A stretch of 64,000 nt of DNA from Candidatus Binatia bacterium (GTDB lineage: Bacteria; Desulfobacterota; Binatia; UBA9968; JAJDTQ01): NCBI GenBank assembly GCA_963666515.2, contig OY762897.2:3584001-3648000 (forward strand). The letters are read 5' to 3'. Position 1 is the stretch's first letter, and each line of letters begins with the position of its first letter. A model generated the notes under the pieces. It was not told where the DNA came from and made no database searches. It was given only the letters and a program-made list of their open reading frames with translations. The position numbers were made by a program, and so were the translations under genes. This document shows, one piece after another, positions 17,000 through 26,685 of the stretch.

Positions 17000-17091
17000 G
17001 TCCTTCGACTTCGCTTCGCTACGCTCAGGACGAACGGAAAGAAGCTTTCACAACCGTTCGTCCTGAGCGTAGCGAAGCGAAGTCGAAGGAC
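17000..17091. repeat. REPIN-like inverted doublet of the REP repeat
   Basis: Perfect 38-bp inverted repeat (17000-17037 / 17054-17091) with a 16-nt spacer. Confidence 0.9.
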
Positions 17092-17100
17092 CGCAATATT

Positions 17101-18645
17101 CTATCCTCTAAGCCTGAACCGTTGTATCTTGCCGGTGACGGTCTTGGGCAGGTCGTCCACGAACTCCACCCAGCGCGGGTACTTGTACGGCTCCAGGCTG
17201 TCCTTGACGAAGTCCTGCAGTTCCTGGGCCAGCCCGCCGGTGCCGTTGTGCTCGCTCTTGAGGATGACCCAGGCCTTGGGCTTGATGAGGCCGTCTTTGT
17301 CGGCCTCTCCGGTCACCGCGGCCTCCAGCACGGCCGGGTGCTCCATCAGCGCGTTCTCCACCTCGATGGGCGAGACCCACAGGCCGCCCACCTTGAGCAT
17401 GTCGTCGGACCGGCCGCAGTACCAGAAGTAGCCGTCGTCGTCGCGGTAGTAGGTGTCGCCGGTCTTGAGCCACTCGCCGAGCATGGTGCGCTGGGTCTGC
17501 TCGTGCTTGTTCCAATAATACGGGGCGGTGGCGTCACCGGCGACGTAGAGGTTTCCGACTTCGCCGTTGGGCACCTCGCGCCCCTCGTCGTCCACCACCT
17601 TGGCCACGAAGGCCGGGGTCACCTCGCCGCTGCTGCCGGCCTTGGCGCGGCCCGGACGGTTGGCCAGGAAGTCGTGGGTGGCCTCGGTGGAGCCCACCAC
17701 GTCCAGCAGTTCCACGCCCACCTTGTCGCGCCACTGGTGGAACAGCGCCGGCGGCAGCGGCTCGCCGGACGACAGGCAGACCCGGAGCGAGCTGAGGTCG
17801 TATTCCTTCTCCACCCGCAGCATGCGCGCGTAGAGCGTGGGCACCGAGTAGAAGAAGGTCGGGCGGTAGCGTTCGATGGTCTGGAGGATCCGTTCCGGGT
17901 CCGGCTTCTCGGGCCATAGAACCCCGGCGGCGCCGAAGCGGAACGGGAAGTAGAGGGAGTTGCCCAGACCGTAGGAGAAGAACAGCTTGGAGGCGGAGAA
18001 GCAGACGTCGTCCTCGGTCATGCCCAGCACGGGCTTCACGAACAGGTCGGTGATGGTGATCATGTCGTGGTGGAGATGGACCGCGCCCTTGGGGTTGCCG
18101 GTGCTGCCCGAGGTGTAGTTCCACATGACCACGTCGTCGCGGCCGGTGGGCTCGGCTTCGAGATCGGCGGACTGGCCCTCCATGAGGGAGTCCCAACCCA
18201 TGGCGCTGCCCTGCGGCGTTCCCACCACCACCACGTGCCGCAGGTGGCGCGGCCGTTCGCGGATGGCCTCGATCTCGGGCAGCGCCGACTCGTGCACCAC
18301 CACGACGCGCGCGCGGCTGTCGTTGAGCAGGTACTCGTAGTCCGCGGCGTGCATCCAGGGATTGACGGGAATGGGGACGGCGCCGATCTTGATGGCGCCG
18401 AAGAAGGCGAAGGCGAACTGCGGGCAGTCGGGAAGCACCAGCAGCACGCGCTGCTCGGTGTCGAGGCCGAGGCCCCGGAACGCGTTCCCGGCCCGGTTCA
18501 CCGCCTCCTGGACCTGCCGGTAGGTGTACTGCTGGTCCTCGTACAGGATGGCGGTGCGCTCGCCGCGGCCGGCGGCGACGTTGTCGTCGACGAACGTGGT
18601 GGCCGCGTTGTAGGGGTCCGGCAGTTCGAGTCGCGGAGCGCTCAT
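17101..18645 (-). CDS. Benzoate-CoA ligase family (aryl-CoA ligase)
   Basis: YTSGSTGNPKGAVHLH, SASKLFFSYGLGNSLYFP, GSTE, TGD, GRSDDMLKVGGLWVSP, LPKTVTGKIQR. Confidence 0.92.
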   Translation of the reverse strand: MSAPRLELPDPYNAATTFVDDNVAAGRGERTAILYEDQQYTYRQVQEAVNRAGNAFRGLGLDTEQRVLLVLPDCPQFAFAFFGAIKIGAVPIPVNPWMHAADYEYLLNDSRARVVVVHESALPEIEAIRERPRHLRHVVVVGTPQGSAMGWDSLMEGQSADLEAEPTGRDDVVMWNYTSGSTGNPKGAVHLHHDMITITDLFVKPVLGMTEDDVCFSASKLFFSYGLGNSLYFPFRFGAAGVLWPEKPDPERILQTIERYRPTFFYSVPTLYARMLRVEKEYDLSSLRVCLSSGEPLPPALFHQWRDKVGVELLDVVGSTEATHDFLANRPGRAKAGSSGEVTPAFVAKVVDDEGREVPNGEVGNLYVAGDATAPYYWNKHEQTQRTMLGEWLKTGDTYYRDDDGYFWYCGRSDDMLKVGGLWVSPIEVENALMEHPAVLEAAVTGEADKDGLIKPKAWVILKSEHNGTGGLAQELQDFVKDSLEPYKYPRWVEFVDDLPKTVTGKIQRFRLRG

Positions 18646-18693
18646 GGCAGGTGTCCTGTCCCCGCAATCGGTCGATGAATCTGCGGGTCCGGC

Positions 18694-20151
18694 CTACTCG
18701 CCTCCCACCATCTCGGAAGTCTGCTCCGTGGCCATGACCACGGACTTGACCTCGCTGTAGTGCTCCACCGCCTCGTTGCCGTGCTCCTTGCCGACGCCGC
18801 TCTGCTTGACGCCGCCGAAGGGCAGCTCGTCGTAGATGATCTGCGCCGAGTTGACCCAGGTGTAGCCGGCGTCCAGCTTCTCGGCCGCGAACATGGCCTT
18901 GTCGATGTCCTGGGTCCACACCGAGGAGCCCAGGCCGAAGATGGAGTCGTTGGCCTGCGCCAGGGCCTCCTCCAGGTTCCTGACCCGCACCACCGGCAGC
19001 GCCGGACCGAACACCTCGTCGCTCAGCAGCTTGGACTTGGGGTCCACGTCCACCACGATGGACGGGTTCAGGAAATTGCCCTTGTCGAACTCGTCGCCCT
19101 TGGGGCGGTCGCCGCCCACCAGCACCTTGGCGCCCTTCTGCACCGCGTCCTCCACCTGCTCCTCCACCTCCTCGCGCTGGCCCTTGGTGTGCAGCGGTCC
19201 GAGCATGGTGCCCTTGGTGAGGCCGTTGCCCACCCTGAGCTTGCGCACCTTCTCCACCAGCTTGCCGACGAACTCGTCGTAGATCTCGTCGTACAGGTAG
19301 AGGCGCTTCACCGCCAGACAGGCTTGGCCGCAGTTGAAGAAGCGGCCCACCGAGGCCGCGCTCACGGCCCGGTCGATGTTGGCGTCGGCGCACACGATCA
19401 TGGGGTCGCTGCCGCCCAGCTCCAGGGTGACCCGCTTGACCTCCTGGGAGGCCACTTCCATGATCCGCTTGCCGGTGTCGGTGGCGCCGGTGAAGCCCAC
19501 CTTGCGGATGACCGGGTTGCGGAGAATCTCCTCACCCACGGCGCCGCCCGGCCCGGTGACCATGTTGATGGTGCCCTTGGGAAGCCCGGCCTGCTGCACC
19601 AGCTCGACGCACCGGGTGGCGGTCAGCGGCGTGGTGCTGGCCGGCTTGATGACCATGGCGTTGCCCGCGAGCAGCGCCGGGCCCACCTTGTTGCCCATCA
19701 GCGACACGGGGAAGTTCCACGGCACGATGGAGCCCACCACGCCCATGGGCTTGTGCATGATGAGGCCGTAGCGGCCGTCGGCGAGCTTGACGTAGCCGCC
19801 GCGCAGGGTCTTGGCCATGCCGGCGTAGTGCTCCAGGGTGTGCGCGAAGCGGCGGATCTCCAGCACCGACTCCCGGTGCGCCTTGCCCTGCTCCTTGGTG
19901 AGCAGCTCGGTCAGCTCCTTCTCGTTCTGCAACACCAGACGAGCGGCTTCGGCCAGGCACTCGCCGCGCTTGGAGGGCGCGAACTTGCCCCATTCCACCG
20001 CCGCCTCTTCCGCGGCCGCCACGGCGCGCTTCACGTCGTCGGCCGTGCCCTTGGGGACGGTGTCCACCACCTCGCCGGTGGCGGGATTGTAGATGGTGGT
20101 GGTCTCGCCGCTTGCGGTATCCGTGTACTCGCCTGCAATGAACATCTGCAT
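18694..20151 (-). CDS. Aldehyde dehydrogenase family protein
   Basis: PWNFP, FTGAT, LELGGSDP, FFNCGQAC, EVFGP, PFGGVKQSG. Confidence 0.95.
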   Translation of the reverse strand: MQMFIAGEYTDTASGETTTIYNPATGEVVDTVPKGTADDVKRAVAAAEEAAVEWGKFAPSKRGECLAEAARLVLQNEKELTELLTKEQGKAHRESVLEIRRFAHTLEHYAGMAKTLRGGYVKLADGRYGLIMHKPMGVVGSIVPWNFPVSLMGNKVGPALLAGNAMVIKPASTTPLTATRCVELVQQAGLPKGTINMVTGPGGAVGEEILRNPVIRKVGFTGATDTGKRIMEVASQEVKRVTLELGGSDPMIVCADANIDRAVSAASVGRFFNCGQACLAVKRLYLYDEIYDEFVGKLVEKVRKLRVGNGLTKGTMLGPLHTKGQREEVEEQVEDAVQKGAKVLVGGDRPKGDEFDKGNFLNPSIVVDVDPKSKLLSDEVFGPALPVVRVRNLEEALAQANDSIFGLGSSVWTQDIDKAMFAAEKLDAGYTWVNSAQIIYDELPFGGVKQSGVGKEHGNEAVEHYSEVKSVVMATEQTSEMVGGE

Positions 20152-20362
20152 TGGACGAACTCTCCTCGTGTGTGAAGTATTTTGCAGCCCGCGGGACTTG
20201 GCCGGGATTTTGCGTCGTAACCGGTGAAGGGGCGGTTTCGGCGAATCTGCGTCAGTCGAAGGCTGAAGCAGAATGAACCACGTCAGGGCAAGGCTGTCAA
20301 GGAACCTGGTTGACTTGCCCGGACGATTATTGTAATCAGCGGTCCGTTAGGGAGTTGTTCAA

Positions 20363-20719
20363 ATGAACGTCGATATTTCGGCAATCGCCATCATTGTGTC
20401 AGTAGTCGTGTCAGCGGTGGGCGTGGGCGTGGCGTTGGGCAGGATGATACAGGGGCTCCGCAGGGACCTGTTCAGGGAAATGGACCTGCGTTTCGCCCAC
20501 GTGGATCAGCGCTTCTCCGAGGTGGACCGGCGGTTCGTCGAGGTTAGGGAGCGTTTCATTGAGAGTATTTCGGAAGTGCGCGAAGAGGTGCGCGACGTCC
20601 GTGAAGAAGTCCGCGAAGTGCGACAAGACGTGACCGGTCTCCGCAAGGAGATGGGCGAAATGCGGGAAGAGATAGGCGTCCTGCGCGAGCGCACCGCCAC
20701 ACGGGCCACGGCCGGCTGA
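20363..20719 (+). CDS. Small membrane-anchored coiled-coil repeat protein (Bdr/DUF1640-like)
   Basis: N-terminal TM helix followed by 7-residue repeats (DLRFAHV/DQRFSEV/DRRFVEV; EVREEVR/DVREEVR); GGGAG RBS. Confidence 0.65.
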   Translation: MNVDISAIAIIVSVVVSAVGVGVALGRMIQGLRRDLFREMDLRFAHVDQRFSEVDRRFVEVRERFIESISEVREEVRDVREEVREVRQDVTGLRKEMGEMREEIGVLRERTATRATAG

Positions 20720-20797
20720 GGTCGAAGCTCCCACGAGGCCGGCGAACGCAGCCCTTGGGACGCGCGTCAGGATCTGATTATATGCGTCAGAACCCCG

Positions 20798-22009
20798 TCA
20801 AAACGCCGTCCGGGTCTCCTTGCCGCTCATCTCCACGTAGACCTTCTCGGACGTCACCGGCTTGCCGTCGAGGCAGTCCTTGAGCCAGTCCACGACGATG
20901 GTGCGCGCCGCCGGGTTGCGGAGCGAGTGGCGCTCGCCCTCGTAGACGTAGAGCACCTTGGGGCAGGTGGCCTCGTCCACGACCTCGTAGGCGAATTCGA
21001 TGGGGCACAGTTCGTCGTCCTCACCCGCGACGACCATGTACGGACATTGGATCCTGGCCGCGACCCCCTCGAGGGTCAGCGTCTTGCAGAACTCGTCGAA
21101 CTCCGCCTCGTCGTCGTAGCCGGACATGTACATGTAGTTGAGCTTGAAGGTCGGCGCGGCCGTGTTGAAGATGGTGTACTGCGTGGGCTCCATGCACACG
21201 CCCACCACCGCGCAGGCCTTGAAGCCGGGCTCGGCCGCGGCCATGCGCGTGCCCCAGTAGGAGCCCATGCTGGAGCCGTAGATGGCCATGCGGTCGCCGT
21301 CGATCTCGGGGCGGGTCTTGAGGTACGCATACGCCGCCCTGGCGCCGTCCTCGCAGTTGGTGGCGGTGCAGGTGATGCCGCGCTCCCGGGTCTCGCCCTG
21401 GCCCGGGCCGTCGATGGAAAGGATCGCCAGCCCCCGCTGCAGCAGCGGATCGCCCATGAGCGGGTTGTCTTCCTTCACCCCGTCCATGCCGGGCTGATAG
21501 AGGATGCACGGGAACCGCTCCCCCGGCGCCGGCTGGTGCGGCAAATGCAGCAAGGCGGCCTGCTTGCCGCCCGGCACGGTCAGGTCCACCCGCTCGATGG
21601 GATGGTCGGCGAACCGGATGTAGCGGTCGTAGCAGTCCCGCTTGCTCTCCGCCCAGGCCATGCGCTTGGGGTTCCCGTCCTCGTAGATGCCCCACTGGGC
21701 CGCGGTGTAGTAGGTGGCCGCCACGTAGTAGTGCTCGCGCGCCTCCACCGTGTGCCCCAGCGCCTCGGCCGCCCGCGCCCTTTTCTCGCGGCCCTCCGCG
21801 GCGCGGGAGAACTCGCGCGGGAAGTCCGTGAACTTCTGCACCCGCTGCCCGATGCCGCGAAGCTCCCCGGCAATGCCCGGTCCGCAGTTCCGCAGCATCT
21901 TGTTCGACCGCCCCTGGTCGAAATCGAGGCCGCTCACCTTGATGACCTGGTCGAGTATCCAGCGCTGCTCCTGCCAGCGTTTCATCTTCCTCTCGGTGCT
22001 CGCGCGCAT
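20798..22009 (-). CDS. Alpha/beta hydrolase, 2,6-dihydroxypseudooxynicotine hydrolase/FrsA-like
   Basis: PGMDGVKE, IDGPGQGE, GSSMG nucleophile elbow, GEDD, ERH; start ATG 22009 with a GAGGGGG RBS. Confidence 0.8.
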   Translation of the reverse strand: MRASTERKMKRWQEQRWILDQVIKVSGLDFDQGRSNKMLRNCGPGIAGELRGIGQRVQKFTDFPREFSRAAEGREKRARAAEALGHTVEAREHYYVAATYYTAAQWGIYEDGNPKRMAWAESKRDCYDRYIRFADHPIERVDLTVPGGKQAALLHLPHQPAPGERFPCILYQPGMDGVKEDNPLMGDPLLQRGLAILSIDGPGQGETRERGITCTATNCEDGARAAYAYLKTRPEIDGDRMAIYGSSMGSYWGTRMAAAEPGFKACAVVGVCMEPTQYTIFNTAAPTFKLNYMYMSGYDDEAEFDEFCKTLTLEGVAARIQCPYMVVAGEDDELCPIEFAYEVVDEATCPKVLYVYEGERHSLRNPAARTIVVDWLKDCLDGKPVTSEKVYVEMSGKETRTAF

Positions 22010-22232
22010 GTCGAAGTCCCCCTCTCGCCGATCCGTGTTGCGGGCGCGGAACGGTTCGCAGCGCCTCCCGCGCCGACGGTCCTTGACCCGCTCGAAAGGG
22101 TCTATATACAATCGCCCCCGCCGTGATCAATGTCCGGGAACGAAAACCCGGCAAAGCCCTTGCCGGTGGACTACAGGAACATCACGCCCGTTTCTCCATA
22201 CTCGGCGTGAGGCGTCCAGAGTTGGGGCTTCC

Positions 22233-22742
22233 ATGAGGATTCGCCCGCAGACCGTCTTCAGTTTCCTGGTCCTCCTGTTCTTTGCCGTCGTGATCTGGGG
22301 GGCAAAGGACTGGCCCGTGAAGGCGCAGCTCTATCCCTGGGTGATCGGCATTCCCATGCTCGTGCTGGCCGCCTTCCGTCTCGTGACGGACTTGAGGAGC
22401 AATGCCGGGAAGGGCGCTTCCCCGGTCACGCCGGCCGAATCCTCGGACAGCACGCCGGCCGACATTCAGTTCACGAGAGAGGTCGATCCCGTCATCGCGA
22501 GACGGCGAACGGTCCATATCTTCTCGTGGATCTTCGGTTTCCTGCTTGCGTGCTGGCTCCTCGGCCTGTCGGTGACGATCCCGCCGTTCGTCTTCCTTTA
22601 CCTCAAGGTCAAGTCGGGCGAGGGTTGGACCCTCTCCCTCGTGCTGACCGGGGCCGTCTGGCTCTTGTATTGGGGCCTCTTCGACCGGTTGCTTCGGCTG
22701 CCTTTCCCCGAGGGACAGCTCTATCTCTGGCTGGGGCTATGA
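22233..22742 (+). CDS. tctB: Tripartite tricarboxylate transporter TctB family
   Basis: Four TM helices, AQLYPWVIG, LFDRLLRLPFPEG; directly upstream of tctA; start ATG 22233. Confidence 0.85.
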   Translation: MRIRPQTVFSFLVLLFFAVVIWGAKDWPVKAQLYPWVIGIPMLVLAAFRLVTDLRSNAGKGASPVTPAESSDSTPADIQFTREVDPVIARRRTVHIFSWIFGFLLACWLLGLSVTIPPFVFLYLKVKSGEGWTLSLVLTGAVWLLYWGLFDRLLRLPFPEGQLYLWLGL

Positions 22743-24214
22743 TCGAGTCCGCCACAAGCGGCTTGCTCCAGGTGTTGTCCTGGCCCGCGTTCGGTTTCCT
22801 CCTGCTTGGAGGAGCGATCGGCTTCGTCGTCGGCATCCTGCCTGGGCTCGGTGGACTGACCACCCTGGCGCTGATGCTCCCCTTCGCCTACACGATCCAG
22901 GAGCCCATCGCGGCTTTCTGCTTCCTTCTCGGGATGCACGCCATTACCGGGACCACCGGAGACATCACCTCCATCCTTTTCGGCATTCCGGGCGAGGGGA
23001 CGTCCGCGGCCACGATCATGGACGGCTACCCCATGACCAAGAAGGGGCAGGCTGGGAGGGCCCTGGGGGCTGCCCTGACCAGCTCGCTCGTGGCCGGGCT
23101 CGAGGGGGCGATCATCCTGGCGATTTCCATCCCCATCATGCGGCCCCTCGTGCTGTTCTTTGGCGCGCCCGAGCTCTTCATGCTCACCATCCTGGGAATC
23201 ACGTTCCTCGCCACGCTCAGCAGTGCCTCGCTGAGCAAGGGAGTCCTGGCCGGAGGCATCGGGCTCGCGATTTCCGCGGTCGGCATCGAAGATCACACGG
23301 GAACGCTTCGGTACACAATGGGCACCATCTATCTCTGGGAAGGACTGAGCCTGGCGCCGGTCGTGGTGGGGCTCTTCGCCATCCCGGAGATCGTGGACCT
23401 GGCCGTGAGGGGTTCGAGCATCGCCGAGTCCAAGGTGGAAAGGATCAGCGGCGTGCTGGAGGGCGTCAGGGATACTTTCCGGCATTTCTGGCTCACCATG
23501 CGCTGCGGCATGATCGGCGTCATGGTCGGCGCCGTGCCCGGGGTGGGGGGCGGCGTCTCCCAGTGGATGGCCTACGCCCACGCCGTGCAGAGCTCGAAGG
23601 ACAAGAAGCGTTTCGGAACCGGGGCCGTGGAAGGCGTACTTGGACCCGGCGCGGCGAACAACTCCAAGGAGGGCGGCAACCTCATCCCCACCGTCGCCTT
23701 CGGGGTTCCGGGGACCACCGGCATGGCGATCCTGCTGGGGGCCTTCCTGATCGTCGGCCTGACGCCGGGACCGGACATGCTGACCAAGCACCTCGATGTC
23801 ACCCTGGCGATGGTGTGGATACTGGTGATCTCCAATATCCTGGCCGCGGGTGTCGCCTTCCTGTTTCTCAGCCAGTTGGTCAAGCTCACCTTCGTGCGCG
23901 GGAATCTGCTGATTCCTTTCCTTGTCGTGTTCGTATTCCTCGGCGCGTTCTCGGCGAACAACCACTTCGCGGACATCGTGGTGGCCTGTGTCTTCGGCGT
24001 CCTGGGCTATTTCATGGTCCTGTTCGGATGGCCCAGGGCTCCGTTCGTTCTCGGTCTCGTCCTGGGACGCCTTGCCGAGAGGTACCTCGGGATATCGCTC
24101 GGCGCCTACGGCACGGCCTGGCTTCTCCACCCGCCCGTTCTGGTCATGATCGTGATTTTGTTGGGAAGTGTTTCCTATAGTGTGTACAAGAGGATGAGCA
24201 CCGGTAGCGTCTAA
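22739..24214 (+). CDS. tctA: Tripartite tricarboxylate transporter permease TctA
   Basis: GILPGLG, ILFGIPGE..SAATIMDGYPMTKKG, AANNSKEGGNLIPTVAFGVPG; ATGA overlap with tctB. Confidence 0.92.
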   Translation: MIESATSGLLQVLSWPAFGFLLLGGAIGFVVGILPGLGGLTTLALMLPFAYTIQEPIAAFCFLLGMHAITGTTGDITSILFGIPGEGTSAATIMDGYPMTKKGQAGRALGAALTSSLVAGLEGAIILAISIPIMRPLVLFFGAPELFMLTILGITFLATLSSASLSKGVLAGGIGLAISAVGIEDHTGTLRYTMGTIYLWEGLSLAPVVVGLFAIPEIVDLAVRGSSIAESKVERISGVLEGVRDTFRHFWLTMRCGMIGVMVGAVPGVGGGVSQWMAYAHAVQSSKDKKRFGTGAVEGVLGPGAANNSKEGGNLIPTVAFGVPGTTGMAILLGAFLIVGLTPGPDMLTKHLDVTLAMVWILVISNILAAGVAFLFLSQLVKLTFVRGNLLIPFLVVFVFLGAFSANNHFADIVVACVFGVLGYFMVLFGWPRAPFVLGLVLGRLAERYLGISLGAYGTAWLLHPPVLVMIVILLGSVSYSVYKRMSTGSV

Positions 24215-24237
24215 CCACCTTGAAGGGAGGCAATACC

Positions 24238-25302
24238 ATGAAGTGGACGAGTAAGACCTTGATGTTCGCGGCCGCGGTTTGGATGCTCCAGGGCTCCATG
24301 CCGGGATCCGCCGAGGCCCAGGCCAAACCCTACTACGAGGGCAAGACCATCCTGGTCATTGTCGGCTCCGGGCCGGGCGCGGGAAACGACATAAGGACGA
24401 GATTGTTCGCCCGGCATGCGGCCAGGCATATCCCCGGCAAGCCGCAACTCGTGGTGCAGAACCGAAGCGGCGGCGGCGGCCTCAGGGCGCGCAACTACCT
24501 GTACAACATCGCCAAGCCCGACGGGCTCACCATTGCGGAGATCATCCGGGGCACCGGCCTTCAGGACGCCATCGACGAGCCGGCGGCGCGCTTCAAGGCC
24601 GACAAGTTCAACTGGATCGGAAACCTGACCACCGCCACCGCGACCTGCGTGGGCCGCATCGACCGGGTCGGAGCGAACCTCGAAGACGCCATCGAGCGTT
24701 CCAGGAAGACCCAGTTGCGCGAGGGTGAAACGAGCGGCAACAGCACCGGCGCGGCGATAGGGAAGATGCTGCAGAGGTTCACCGGCATCAACACGAGGCT
24801 GGTGGTGGGCTATCAGGGCGGCGCACCCATTGATCTCGCCATGGAGAAGGGCGAGGTGGACATGCGCTGCGGCTTTGTCTGGAGCTCGGCCAAGACCAGG
24901 AAGAAGCACTGGTTCAAGCGCTTGGGAAGCGAGAAGCCCTTCGCCTCCCTGCTCATCCAGGTCGCGACCAAGCGGCATCCCGAGTTGTCCGACGTCCCGA
25001 CCCTGATCGAGTTGGCGCCCGACCAGGAGTCGAAGGACGTCGCGGAGATGCTGACGCTGACGTACCGGAATGCCTATCCGATGCTGGCGCCTCCGGGAAC
25101 GCCCGAGAACATCGTCAAGATCTTGCGGGATGCTTTCTGGGCCACGGTCCATGACCCGCAGTACCTCGCGGACGCGAAGAAGATCGGCTATCTGGACGAC
25201 GAGCCCCTCAAGGGAGAAGATGTCCAGAAACTGATCGGGAAGATCGTGTCTTCACCGGAGAAATCCAGAAAGCTCATGGCCAGGATCGTCTCCGGGAAAT
25301 AG
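24238..25302 (+). CDS. tctC: Tripartite tricarboxylate transporter substrate-binding protein (TctC/Bug)
   Basis: Signal peptide, YYEGKTILVIVG..PGAGND, HIPGKP.LVVQN..GGGG, AKPDGLTI, APPGTP. Confidence 0.9.
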   Translation: MKWTSKTLMFAAAVWMLQGSMPGSAEAQAKPYYEGKTILVIVGSGPGAGNDIRTRLFARHAARHIPGKPQLVVQNRSGGGGLRARNYLYNIAKPDGLTIAEIIRGTGLQDAIDEPAARFKADKFNWIGNLTTATATCVGRIDRVGANLEDAIERSRKTQLREGETSGNSTGAAIGKMLQRFTGINTRLVVGYQGGAPIDLAMEKGEVDMRCGFVWSSAKTRKKHWFKRLGSEKPFASLLIQVATKRHPELSDVPTLIELAPDQESKDVAEMLTLTYRNAYPMLAPPGTPENIVKILRDAFWATVHDPQYLADAKKIGYLDDEPLKGEDVQKLIGKIVSSPEKSRKLMARIVSGK

Positions 25303-25319
25303 CTCGATATCAGGGAGAG

Positions 25320-26681
25320 ATGTCCGTGAATGAATCCCCAAGCGCAAACACGACAGGCGCGCAGGGTCTGTCTCGTCAGATCGCCGAGTTCACCGTGTCG
25401 CTGAGCCTGGACCGGCTGCCCGCCAACGTGGTGTCCAACGCCAAGCTTGCCGTTCTCGACTGTCTCGGCGTATCGGTTCTGGCCGCAGGGGAAGAGATCG
25501 GCGGCAAGCTGCTGCGATACGCACGCAACAACCTGGGACCGGGGTCCTGTACGGTTTGGGGCTCCGATCTGACGTTGAACCCGAGAGACGCCGCGCTGGT
25601 GAACGGGACTCTGGCGCATGGCCTCGATTTCGACGACAGGGGCCATGCCTCCACCTACACGCTGGCGGCTGCGTTGGCGGCCGGCGAAGGCTGCGGCGCG
25701 TCCGGAGCCAGGACCCTGGAGGCCTTCATCGCGGGTCGAGAGGCCATGATGACCCTGGAGCCGCTCTTCGCCAGACGAAGCAGCGGCATCGGGCCCGGCG
25801 CGCGGGGGTGGCACAGCAACGGAATCCTCGGCCCCATCGCCGCAGCCTGTGCCGCAAGCAAGGTCCTCGACCTCGATGTCCCGCAGACCCTCGCCGCGGT
25901 CGGCCTTGCCACCGGCTCGTGCGGGGCATTGACCAGGGACGGCGGGACCATGGCGAAGCCGTTTCGAGTCGGCCACGCCGCATCCGCGGGTCTCACCTGC
26001 GCGTACTTGGCCCGGGAAGGGTTCACCAGCGATGAGACGGCCATCGAAGCCCGCTACGGACTGCTGGATGCCGTCGGACCGCTGCAGGATGATATCCTGG
26101 AAGCGCTGGGCAGAGGACTCGGGACGGACTTCCGTCTCGGCAAAGAGGTCAAGCTGAAGCGTTTCGGCTCCTGCACCGCCACCCATGACGGGGTCGAGGC
26201 GATGCTGAGGTTGGTTCAGGAAAAGGGACTGCTGGAGGCTTCCGATGTAGATTTCATCGAATGCGACATGCACCCGTATCCGCTGGTGAGAATGCAGCCG
26301 GAACGGGGATTCGAGGGACGGTTCAGCATGGCCTACTGCCTCTCCCTGGCTCTGCTCTACGGGCAGTTGTATCCCGGGTACTTCACCGACGAACGAGCCC
26401 GGGATCCGGAGTTGAGGGACCTGCTCGGGCGTGTCCGCCATGTCCCGGGATCGGACTCGCTGGTGGTGCGGTTGAAGGACGGCACGACCGTGACCGAGCC
26501 TGTACGGACCCCGGCGGACCTGAAGGGGCGCGAAGCCGTGCTGAACAAGTTCAACGCCTGCGTAGAGAGGATTCTGCCGGAGGCTCAACGAACGGCCGTG
26601 CCGGAGATTGTGGACCGTCTGGAGGAAAGCCCGTCGGTCGCGCCGTTGATGGATGCGCTACGCCTCCAGCCGGGCGACTGA
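25320..26681 (+). CDS. MmgE/PrpD family protein
   Basis: AVLDCLGV, AALVNGTLAHGLDFDD, GWH, AKPFRVG, KRFGSC..TH. Confidence 0.92.
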   Translation: MSVNESPSANTTGAQGLSRQIAEFTVSLSLDRLPANVVSNAKLAVLDCLGVSVLAAGEEIGGKLLRYARNNLGPGSCTVWGSDLTLNPRDAALVNGTLAHGLDFDDRGHASTYTLAAALAAGEGCGASGARTLEAFIAGREAMMTLEPLFARRSSGIGPGARGWHSNGILGPIAAACAASKVLDLDVPQTLAAVGLATGSCGALTRDGGTMAKPFRVGHAASAGLTCAYLAREGFTSDETAIEARYGLLDAVGPLQDDILEALGRGLGTDFRLGKEVKLKRFGSCTATHDGVEAMLRLVQEKGLLEASDVDFIECDMHPYPLVRMQPERGFEGRFSMAYCLSLALLYGQLYPGYFTDERARDPELRDLLGRVRHVPGSDSLVVRLKDGTTVTEPVRTPADLKGREAVLNKFNACVERILPEAQRTAVPEIVDRLEESPSVAPLMDALRLQPGD

Positions 26682-26685
26682 AGAC

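Noticed and set aside
16196-17091. CRISPR array
   Set aside because: Repeats are dispersed, inverted or nested rather than regularly spaced with unique spacers; no cas genes
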